Part shown: positions 1 to 8,717 of the stretch, in pieces | Position numbering within the stretch: position 1 is the first letter of the stretch | How the letters are laid out: every line of letters starts with the position of its first letter | From: Takakia lepidozioides | Lineage: Eukaryota; Plantae; Bryophyta | DNA length: 9,815 nucleotides | Assembly (NCBI GenBank): GCA_030704615.1 | Contig: JAKLZA010000229.1 | Coordinates: 1 to 9,815, forward strand | Direction of reading: 5' to 3' | Made by a program: the position numbers and the translations under genes | Notes under the pieces: generated by a model | Database searches by the model: none | What the model saw: only the letters and a program-made list of their open reading frames with translations | What the model was told of the DNA's origin: nothing

Positions 1-5
1 CTTGT

Positions 6-581
6 ATGGCTAGGGGAAATGAGGACGTGATTGAAGGGCAGGTCTCTTCTCTTAGCCTGTGCACCAAAGGGGACAAGATTTATGTTTCCCAAGGAACTCA
101 GACTGATTTGAGTGGAGAACAGTTGGACGAGTTGATTGCATACTGGGAGTCAGGCATTAGTAGTGGACAACAAACTGCTGTAGTTGGCGTTGAGGGCCTC
201 AATATCGCCTTGGACAGTCAGAACTTTGTTGGAGCCAGCAGTTCTGCAGCTGTAGGTGAAATACCAAAGTGGGTGAAAGCTAGGCTTGGAACACAGCCAA
301 AGACAGCCCCGGGGACCAAGGTGTTCAGCCACAAGGCCGTGGTGTACTGGAGCAGAGGAGCAGGAGCTACACAAGTTTGTGCAATCAGACATGGTTGCAG
401 CCGGATACGCTCTGCACAAGGCAACCACGAGCGGGGGTTCATCAGCAATGATATGTTTGTTGTGTGGGAAGGAGATGCAGTCATTCGCAATGAGGACACC
501 CGCAACCGTCTCAAAGCTTTCGAGTTGAGAGACTATCAGACCCTACCTTTGTTTTCTTTAGTGTTCAGTGAGCGGAGATAG
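6..581 (+). CDS. Hypothetical protein, 191 aa, upstream of gag; frame is open to the window edge so it may start further upstream
   Basis: Uninterrupted 576-nt ORF on the same strand as gag-pol with globular-looking composition. No motif recognised. Confidence 0.4.
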   Translation: MARGNEDVIEGQVSSLSLCTKGDKIYVSQGTQTDLSGEQLDELIAYWESGISSGQQTAVVGVEGLNIALDSQNFVGASSSAAVGEIPKWVKARLGTQPKTAPGTKVFSHKAVVYWSRGAGATQVCAIRHGCSRIRSAQGNHERGFISNDMFVVWEGDAVIRNEDTRNRLKAFELRDYQTLPLFSLVFSERR

Positions 582-1073
582 GGGAGTATTGCTTTGTCTC
601 TACCTGGCAGAAAGAGGAGGAGGGTTGGTTAGAGCGAGCTACTGTAGCTTGCGACAAGGTTAGTGGCAGGTTTCTGGACATAGATATACCTCCTACACCT
701 TACCATCATGCAGAGCGAGGCACTTTGAGAGAAGTCTGGCAGTTGATAGCATAGATCAGGATTAGATCTTGCTTGGTCGGGCTTCTATTCTTCCCCTCCA
801 TCTCTGTACTATTTTCATTACCTTGTACTTGTAGTTGCCAAAGCCTCTCTTGGTGGAGGCCAGTCAGTCCGGGGTTTTGGGCTGGGCTATTTTGCAGGAT
901 CAGCATTGCAGCTGGATTTTGGTGTGGGGGTGTTGATGTTTTGATTTCTTGTGTTTGGATCCCCCCCAACACCTGCATGCTTGACTGTGCGCCATGTGGG
1001 TTTGTGTGGGCGCTTGCTTTCATAGGGATTAGGCCGGATTTGATCACCGGTCAATCCTAGAGTATGCTGTCGG

Positions 1074-1144
1074 TGGTGAGGCTAGATGATGACCAGCAAG
1101 ACCACCAGTGTTTCTTCTATGGTGAGGCTGGGTTGATGACCAGC
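1074..1144 (+). repeat. Short imperfect direct repeat, 2 copies of ~24 bp, in the leader before gag
   Basis: tggtgaggctagatgatgaccagc (1074-1097) vs tggtgaggctgggttgatgaccagc (1120-1144). Confidence 0.7.
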
Positions 1145-1271
1145 CAACCATAGGAGTTCTTGCGGTGGATGCAGGTGCAGGTGCCCTGAGCCATTGGGAT
1201 ATGACCCTTAAACTGCAACAGGTGCCCACCCGTGTCACTATTAGATTAGTACTAGAGCCTTATAGTGTCAC

Positions 1272-2473
1272 GTGGAGGAGGTGCACATTGTGAGTGTCAT
1301 TACGGAGTTACCCAAGGGTTTTGAGGGGAGTACGGCTACAGGCAGTAACAGTGAGAGTGGGTTCACAAGACGAGGTATTCGGTTCAGACCACCTTCACCG
1401 CCACCCTCAATTACTGTAGAGTCAGACACAGACTCGGAGGCTTCATCAACAGGTGTGCACTTTCATTCGCCATTGTTGTGGGACGACATGGAGGAGATGT
1501 ATGGAGCTACCAAGGGGCCTCGTAGGTACTCTGGAGCTGTGGGCACAATTGAGTTGGATGACTTTATCCAGGAGTTCGACAGCTGGTGTGATTTGCAGCA
1601 GATGCGCAATCCACAGCTATTCACCCCATTCATGGCGTGGAAGGGACTGTTCCAGCATTTGGAAGGCCCGCCTATGGACGATTACCACGAGTTCAGGCGG
1701 GGACATGAAGCAGAGATTGAGGAGTGGAGGATGTATTGGTCACCTGACTACGTCTCCATTACTCGAGGCACGACGCGACCAGTAGCTGCATCAGTACCAA
1801 TAGCTCCCACTGCCAGCACTAGTAGTGGAGCAAGTAGTGCTGGTACTCTGCAGGTGGTACCAGTTCAAAAGGTGCTACTACTCCTCCTGCCACGACTACA
1901 ACACATGTGCCTAGATTCAACCCGGTGGTGGAGTTCTTCCAGGAGTTGCGGAGGAACTACCAAGGTGTACGGACAGAGAAGCTGCGAAGTTTGCAAGACT
2001 TCCAGCGCAAACCCAGTGAGAGCCTGCGAGAGGCGTACACTCGTATGAGGCGCTTGATAAGTGTGACCCAAGGGGTTACTGAAGCTCAGGCAATCCAGTT
2101 TTGGTATGGAATTGGGACAAGGAGCTCAAGAGAAGGGTGCGAGATGCAACCCTGTTACAAGCAGCCCAACCCACATTAGCAGATGTGTTTCTGCTGGCTG
2201 AGCGGATTGAGCTCAACATGGTGGAGGAGCGAGCGAGTTGTTACAATTGGATTTGGCAAGGACATGCCTGCACGGGGCACAGCTTCAGCCCACAGGCACA
2301 AGGGACTGCCCAACAGCGTGGTCAGGGGGGCAAGGTTGCCCAGCCCAAGTTCCATGGAGCTTACAGGGGACCCCCCCCTCAGGTGTAGAGGCCCGTGGCA
2401 TGCTTTTGCAGGCCAACAACAAACCAGGGGTGATATGTTGGACATGGGAGGACCCCATTTCAAGAGAGATTGA
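1272..2473 (+). pseudogene. gag: Gag (retrotransposon capsid + nucleocapsid), frameshifted
   Basis: PRRYSGAVGTIELDDFIQEFDSWC resembles a Gypsy capsid N-terminus; LFQHLEGP follows. After a frameshift near 1850, LQDFQRKPSESLREAYTRMRRL is major-homology-region-like, then DKELKRRVR...TLADVFLLAERIE. True start codon uncertain. Confidence 0.8.
2436..2473 (+). other. Degenerate CCHC zinc knuckle of Gag (C-W-T-[C]-G-G-P-H-F-K-R-D-[C])
   Basis: tgt tgg aca tg- gga gga ccc cat ttc aag aga gat tga. Restoring one base at 2446 and a Cys codon at 2471 gives CX2CX3HX4C. Confidence 0.65.
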
Positions 2474-3135
2474 GGCTCGCGGGCCATGGCTTATAGCTCA
2501 GGCGGTACCGGCTCCCAGGCGGGATGGTCCACCTCCTGCTCCTGAGGGAGGAGATATGGGAGGCATGGGATTCATGTGCGGAGCAGCACTACCACTAGAG
2601 CAGGTGGAGTCTGCTGCAGCCGTGACTCGAGGAGCAGCACGAGTTCCTGAGCCACGAGGTGCAGAGGTGGAATTGGATCCACAGCGTGGGGAGGCAAGCC
2701 GTAGGCGAGGCTTCCTCAGTCATTCACATTGGCGGAGACTGTGTCGACGCCATCCATGGCACCTAGTTCTCGCCCGACTGTTACCGAGGCGGAGGTTACT
2801 ATGCCATTGGGGAGAGCTACACGTGCAGCATTGACTCCTGCTACCAAGGCTAGTGCGGCCGGTGTGTTATTGGGGGCAGCCACCTCTGTGTGTCAGGCCC
2901 CACTGTTCTCGGCAACCATGATTGCGACGCCGGAGGGGAGAGCAGCTGCAGTGTTCAGACTAGCAGCAACACTCTGTGAGAGTGGGGAGGTCACTTCATC
3001 TTCTGCGGAGTTAGTGGAGGGGTTGTAGTGGCAGAGGGATCCTCGGATTTGAGGGTCAAGACTGCCACGGCTGCGCCATGGCAAGCTGCAGCTGCCAGGT
3101 TGACGGAGCTGCCAGCTAGGCCAGCCTTTGAGCGC

Positions 3136-3510
3136 GCCATGGTGACACCTGGAGTTGTCTTGTTAGACAACCAGGGAGGCATTTTCACTTTGAGTGGACC
3201 GGCAGGCAAGAAGTACCGGCCACTGCGGGTCTTGTTGGACTCGGGAGCTCAGCCACTGATGTTGGGCAGAGCTGCTATTGCAGGTTTGGGCCTCATGGAG
3301 GCGGATATGGAGCCTTGTCCTTTCCAGATACAGACATCTCTGGGAGGATCAGAGCAGGCTCGGGGCATGACACGGCATCAGTTGGCCATTAGATTGCCGG
3401 ATCATCCTATCGATGGCTCAGTGTAATGCGAGCCAAGGCCATTGTGACAGACGCAGTCTCTTACGATGTCCTCGTTGGTGGGGCAGTGTTATACCCCATG
3501 GGCTTCACCC
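3136..3510 (+). pseudogene. pol: Retropepsin-type aspartic protease domain, frameshift near 3424
   Basis: RVLLDSGAQPLML with catalytic Asp at 3238-3240, flap-like IQTSLGG, and closing motif YDVLVGG (~3462-3483). Confidence 0.88.
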
Positions 3511-3951
3511 TGGACTTTTGGGAGGAGTCAGCATCCTACAGGCCTGGATGGCAGTCAGGCGATGGTCGCCGTGCACAGCTCCCTGTGACATTCATTGGGG
3601 GTATAGCGGCTGCCCAGCGGGGCAAGATGCCAACACTAGCCGCCTTTACAGCTGCAGTTAGTTGGCCTGGAGAGTTGCTGGAAGGCAATGCCCATGCAGA
3701 GGATGTGCCACCTCCAGCAGAGCAGGATGACATGCATGGTATGGCGGAGTTGCCTGCCATGGTTGCTCACACTCCATTGTGGGGTACGAGCAAGGATTTG
3801 CAGCAGGTTGCTGATCGACGGGTGCAACAAGCCTGGGTAGAGGCTTTTGTACCGTCGGAGAGAGAGGAGGAGAGTGCGGGGTATTGCACCAGGACCACCT
3901 CAGTTGTCACCATTGGATACCACACCTATTGTGTGGCAGTATCCGGATGAA

Positions 3952-4890
3952 GGCATTTGCCTTCTGGACTTGTTTGGCGGGATCAGCACGGATTGGCTGC
4001 TGGTACAGGCAGGTGTGCGGTAAGGCGTTACCTGTATGTGGAGAGGGATGAGACTGCACGACGCGTCTCACTGCGCCATGTTGCTCAGATGGTACAGCAG
4101 TACCCTGCTTGTTGCCAGTGTCTGCAGTTCGTGGATACCAACAAGCCTTGCCAGCAGACATTCGTTGCTGGGGGCGCAGGATTTGGAGCAGGTTGGCTCC
4201 ATTGATCTGGTAGTGGCAGGTTGGCCCTGCCAAGGGCATTCATCAGCGGGCATGGCAATGGATTGCGAGACTCGAGGACGGGTCTGTTTTGGGAGATGGT
4301 GCGGATTTTGCGCCACTTGCAGCTTCATCAAGCTGTATCTCCAGCATACATCTTGGAGAATGTGCCACTGATGGGTGATTCTCGGGCCAGGGTGATGGCC
4401 AGTGTGCATCAAGTCCGGTCGTGGCTTGGGTCAGCAGTGTTGCTGGATGCAGCTGCAGTGGGATCACGGGCTCATCGTCCACGGATGGTGGACTAACTTG
4501 ATGCCACCCGCACTGCTCAAGCGTGCATTTGATGGGGTGCAGCGGCCAGCACACCTCACGTGGATGGCATTTTGGACACAGGGAGGCAGTCTCAACGTGT
4601 GAGACACGATGACCGTTCGCCTTTGGCAGTGGTCAACAGGGTGGGTCAACCACGAGCAACATTACCTACACTGCTCAGCTTCCCAGGATCCCATGCTTTC
4701 GGGATGGTGGACCTGGCCTCCTGTGGGATGCTCAGTTGCAACAGTTAGTGGAGCCTAATGCCGACGAGCGAGAGCGGGCTATGGGGTTTTCCACTGGGAC
4801 CACGGCGGTGCCTTCTCTTTCTGAGGCATCACGTCGTCAGGTGTTGGGGCAAGCAATGGATCTCAATTGCTTGACCTGGATTATCAGCTT
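3952..4890 (+). pseudogene. C5 cytosine DNA methyltransferase catalytic domain (DNMT3-like) embedded in pol between PR and RT; frameshifted
   Basis: Motif I LLDLFGGIST(G) 3961-3990 (frame absent from ORF track); II YLYVERD 4029-4049; IV IDLVVAGWPCQGHS with PCQ at 4225-4233; V GLRDSRTGLFWE; VI YILENVP with ENV at 4356-4364; VII VLLDAAAV; VIII RAHRPR-WWTNL 4467-4500; IX ERERAMGF 4766-4789; X RRQVLGQAMD 4832-4861. Confidence 0.93.
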
Positions 4891-5259
4891 GGCTATGGCT
4901 GAGCAACGTAGAGTGCGGAGTGCACTCCCCTTCATGGTCTCTCTGCCTACCGAGACGGTACAGGCAGCGAGTGGGGGCGAGCCGGTGGTGAGGACCACGG
5001 GGTGTAGACATCCATGGCACACGTGGGAGGTGCTCGAGGTTCAGAGGGAGTTGGCAGCCAAGGCAGCTGTGATGGATGAGGTTGGGATTCTTCTCGGGTT
5101 GAGGAGGTTCTCAATGATGAGATGATGGGGCAGGATGAGGCCTTGTCATTGACTGAGCAGGAAGGGGGTACTGCTCAAGAGGTTGCAGCATAGCAACCAC
5201 GGGACGCGTCCTCTACCTCTAAGCCCACTGGACTTAAGGTTGCAGTTACGGAGGACAAT

Positions 5260-5990
5260 TGGGAGCCTGACATTGGACCCATTGTCACCGGAGGAGAGAG
5301 ACGACGTATACGGCGGTTCCTGAGGGCTTACAGGAATTGCTTTGCCTTCAGTTTGAAGGACTTGGGAGCACTGAAGGGTCAAGAGATCCGTATTGAGTTG
5401 GCCACTGACACGCCAATCTTTCGGAGACCCTATAGATACAGTGACATGGAGAGGTCTTTGATTCAGATGAGGACTCAAGATCTCTGGGAGGCAGGTTTGG
5501 TGGAGCTCTCTGGTGGAGAGTATGCTTCAGCCACAGTGATGCCAGCTAAGAAGGATGTCTATGGCAATTGGACGGAGAGACGTATGTGCGGTGATTACCG
5601 GCCTGTAAATCGTCAGACCAAGTCCGATAGGTATGCCATGCCGACACCAGAGGAGATCTTTGATGCCATTGGGCATTCCAAGGTCTTTAGCACGTTGGAT
5701 TTACGATCCGGATATCACCAGTTGCCGATCAAGGAGGCGGATAAGCAAAAGACGGCATTTGGGAAGAGTCGATGGACAGGATTCTAGCAGGGGGGGTGGA
5801 GTTTGCTCGGTGCTAATAGATGACATCATCATCTTTAGTGCTACGGTGGAGGAGCATGAGAGACACCTTCAGGGGGTATTTGAGCGCTTGAGGACGCACG
5901 GATTGAAGTTACATCCGGGCAAGTGCAAGTTTTTCCACAACCAGATTGAGTATCTGGGTCACATGATATATCCTGGAGGATTGGGGGTAC
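5260..5990 (+). pseudogene. pol: Reverse transcriptase (Ty3/Gypsy type) with internal deletion and frameshifts
   Basis: PIFRRPYRYS, YASATVMPAKKD, RMCGDYRPVN, FSTLDLRSGYHQ (Asp 5698-5700), KTAF, [Y]IDDIIIFS at 5814-5839 (Tyr codon lacks one base), GLKLHPGKCKFF, IEYLGHMI. The PFGLxNAP segment is missing near 5763. Confidence 0.95.
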
Positions 5991-6209
5991 AGCAGACTAA
6001 GGTAGAGTCCATTGCACAGGTTCCACGCCCCACGGATGTGAGCCGAGTTCGAGCTTTCATGGGGTTAGCAAACTATTACAGACGGTTTGTGCCATTGCAA
6101 AGGCTCTAACCAAGCTGACCAAGGTGGACCAGGAGTGGCAGTGGGAAGATGAGCAAGAACAAGCTTTTCAAGAGCTCAAGGCGAGGTTGACCTCGGCGCC
6201 CATCTGAGA

Positions 6210-6586
6210 CGACCTATCAGGGGGCGTCCTTTTCAGCTGCATACAGATTGGAGCATGTGGGGCTTGGAGCGGTGCTCACACAGGTGGATGATGAGGGAGA
6301 GAGTTCGTAGTGGCTTATGCTAGCCGCTCGAACAATGCTGCAGAGTCTAAGTATAGCTCATATGAGGGAGAATGCTTAGCTGCAGTGTGGGCCGTGGCAC
6401 ACTTCAGGTGCTATCTATACGGCAATCTCTTCACCCTTGTCACGGATCACCAACCACTCAGTGGTTGATGGAGTCAGACAAGCTTACGGGAAGTTTGCAC
6501 GGTGGGCACTCATCCTTCAAGAGTATGACTTTCAGGTGGTGCATCGACCGGGTTTGGTCAATCGCAATGCAGATGGGTTGAGTCGC
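6210..6586 (+). pseudogene. pol: RNase H (Ty3/Gypsy type), frameshifted
   Basis: PFQLHTDWS (Asp 6246), GLGAVLTQ, VVAYASR, YSSYEGECLAAVWAV (Glu 6370), FTLVTDHQP (Asp 6445), ARWALILQEYDF, NADGLSR (to 6586). Confidence 0.93.
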
Positions 6587-6807
6587 AATCCATGCACGAG
6601 CCAACAGGATGACACTGGAGCTCGGTGGCATGGTGAGACGGACGAGGAGATGGTGCCCGGATGGCATGCATCTGCATTTCTGTGTATCTTGGCAGCGGAA
6701 GGCCAGGTTGGACCTGCTGCAACAGGGATGACTGTAGATCAAGTGTCTGAGGACCCTGAGGCCAGCAATGAGCAAGGTGGCGCCAAAGATATACAGAGGA
6801 TTCAGTT

Positions 6808-8030
6808 GTGTTGGACTACCTCCGCACTGGAGACACGGCAGCCACTGTGACTGCCAAGGAGAGGGATCGGATCCTACAACGAGCCAAGAGGTTCAAGTGG
6901 GAGGGGACACACCTGCTCCGAGTGTGGGAGGATGGTCGAGTGAGGATTGTGCCTCACCCAACACAGCGGGCACGGTTAGTGCGCCATGCCCATGAGGAGT
7001 TGGGGCATTTTGGGGTGCGACGCACTCATAGTCTACTGCAGGGGCAGTATTGGTGGCGTGGTATGCACACAGAGGTGCAACAATTGTGGCTAGGTGCATG
7101 GTGTGTGACAGGGTGCGTGCTTCATTCAACGCCCCTACTCCACAATTGCACCTCTTCCGATCATGGGATTGGGCTACAGGTGGAGTCTTGACTTCGCAGG
7201 GCCGTTGCCACTGACCATGCGCCACAACAAGTACGTGTTGGTGATGGTGGAGCACTTCTCCAAGTGGATTGAATTGGTTCCATTGCCTGATAAGGCTAGT
7301 GAGGGAGCTGCGTATGCATTCTTGGATGTGTGTGCTTAGCCGATTCGGTGCTCCAGCTGAGGTACTCACGGACCAAGGGAGAGAGTTCTTGGGGGAGTTT
7401 CAGGCTTTGTGTGACAAGGCCTTGATAGACCACCGCACCACTTCTCGGGATCATCCTGAGGCCGATGGCTTGGCAGAGAGAGTTGTTCAGACAGTAAAGA
7501 GGGTTTGCGCAAGTATGGCTTGCAGAAGGGACACCTAGGAGATTGGGACCTTCAGTTACCCTGGTTAGCCATGGGCTACAGGTCAGCAAGCAAGCATCAC
7601 TTGCCTCCTTCTCACCATACTTTCTTCTCTTTGGCCGAGAGCCGGATTTGCCTACATCCATTCGCAGAGAAGCTGCTACAGTTCTTAACCTTGACGATCC
7701 GGACGTGTGGGCACGTGCATGTGAGCAGCGTGCAGAGTTGTTCAAGAGAGTCATGCCCATGGCTTTGAGAACCTTGCCATTGCACAACACCGTGATACGT
7801 TGAGGTATGCTACCATACGTGGTGGGGGCTATCGTCCTGGGGTTCGGAGATTCAACCCTGGTGACTATGTCTATCTGCAGCAGACTGCTCCTACGACCCT
7901 GGATGTGTGACTGCAGGACGTGTTATTTTGAGGGTTCGAGAGTCTTGCCCTCAGGCGTCTTGGTCTTGGAGGGTCGGGATGGCATAACTTGGAAGGACCA
8001 TGTGCGTAATTGTGCGCCATGTCACCTTCC
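6808..8030 (+). pseudogene. pol: Integrase (HHCC zinc domain, DDE core, C-terminal region), frameshifted
   Basis: His 6991 and 7006 (HEELGH), YWW, Cys 7095 and 7104 (CMVC); WSLDFAGP (Asp 7190), VLTDQGREF (Asp 7371), HPEADGLAER (Glu 7476); SPYFLLFGREP; FNPGDYVYL. Confidence 0.94.
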
Positions 8031-8085
8031 GAATGTCGATGGCAGGATTGACCCAAACCTGGCAGTGGTATCTGCAGGTTTGAGG

Positions 8086-8220
8086 TGCATGTTGTGTGGG
8101 TCTGCTAAAGGGGCAGCCACCATGCTGGTGTGTGATCGATGCTCTAGAGGTTGGCATATGGGATGCTTGACTCCACCTCTTGAGATGGTTCCGGATGGGG
8201 ATTGGTTATGTCCACATTGC
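8086..8220 (+). other. PHD finger (C4-H-C3) at the C-terminus of integrase; stop codon at 8227-8229
   Basis: CMLCGSAKGAATMLVCDRCSRGWHMGCLTPPLEMVPDGDWLCPHC has all eight zinc ligands plus the PPL..VP.G.W.CP.C signature, in frame with the integrase tail (ORF 7807-8229). Confidence 0.95.
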
Positions 8221-8475
8221 ATTGGATAGTGGGAGTGGATACAACCATGGAAGGCTAACAAGAAACGCAAGGCCCAGCTACTAGGAGACCTTGAACACAC
8301 GAGATCCTGGCTCAAGTTCACAGATTGCAAGACGGCGACTAACGATGGGGCTACTCTTGTACCCGGCCTCTTGGTCTATAGGGTTTGAGTACAATAGGAC
8401 AGTGATAGAGGACTTAGTACGGCTGTGGCTATTACATCTTGTAGCTATCTGGGTAGAGGGACCTATCCACCAGCT

Positions 8476-8482
8476 AGGGGGG
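8476..8482 (+). promoter_or_regulatory. Candidate polypurine tract (plus-strand primer)
   Basis: agggggg, 4 nt before the TG that starts the putative LTR and ~250 nt after the pol stop. Short for a PPT. Confidence 0.6.
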
Positions 8483-8611
8483 CGATTGTGGCAGACTACT
8501 TTATTGTGCATATATGTGTGGTTGTGGTTTGGACAGCGATGTAGTTGTGTAGCGATATGTATGCGCACGACAGCTGTCAAGTTAAATAAGCACAGTGTGA
8601 AAACTAGATAG

Positions 8612-8617
8612 AATAAA
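8612..8617 (+). promoter_or_regulatory. AATAAA, candidate polyadenylation signal in the LTR
   Basis: Canonical hexamer inside the putative LTR, within the loop of an aactag/ctagtt stem (8602-8624). Function not demonstrated. Confidence 0.35.
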
Positions 8618-8630
8618 GCTAGTTATTTGT

Positions 8631-8691
8631 ATTTAACACTTGGATTTAGGTCAAGTGTTAAATCAGGTGTCAAGTTTAGTTTGACACCTGA
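8631..8691. repeat. Two abutting perfect inverted repeats (12-bp and 11-bp stems)
   Basis: atttaacacttg (8631-8642) / caagtgttaaat (8652-8663), loop gatttaggt; tcaggtgtcaa (8663-8673) / ttgacacctga (8681-8691), loop gtttagt. Confidence 0.92.
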
Positions 8692-8717
8692 CCCGTCTTA
8701 TCTTCACGAGAGCGGCA

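Noticed and set aside
773-1060. Hydrophobic Cys/Trp-rich ORF as an env-like or membrane protein
   Set aside because: Short, non-ATG start, and its composition is explained by T/G-rich leader sequence; no env motifs.
1-1271. 5' LTR and primer-binding site
   Set aside because: No match to 8487-9113 and no convincing CA-TGG tRNA-complementary junction; presumably upstream of the window.
2380-3030. Programmed gag/pol ribosomal frameshift or readthrough
   Set aside because: Cannot be distinguished from the many other frame breaks; no clear slippery heptamer plus structure was identified.
3952-4890. Bacterial restriction-modification system or standalone host DNMT gene
   Set aside because: No endonuclease, operon structure, introns or separate start/stop context; the domain is collinear with PR and RT inside pol.
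150-8330. Numerous minus-strand and alternative-frame ORFs in the track
   Set aside because: Shadows of GC-rich gag-pol coding sequence; none shows a recognisable motif.
8281-8611. ORFs 8291-8611 (+) and 8281-8580 (-) as a chromodomain or extra 3' gene
   Set aside because: No chromodomain or other motif; they cross the PPT/LTR boundary.
8631-8691. Rho-independent terminator
   Set aside because: Eukaryotic LTR context; stems are not GC-rich and lack a following poly-U tract.
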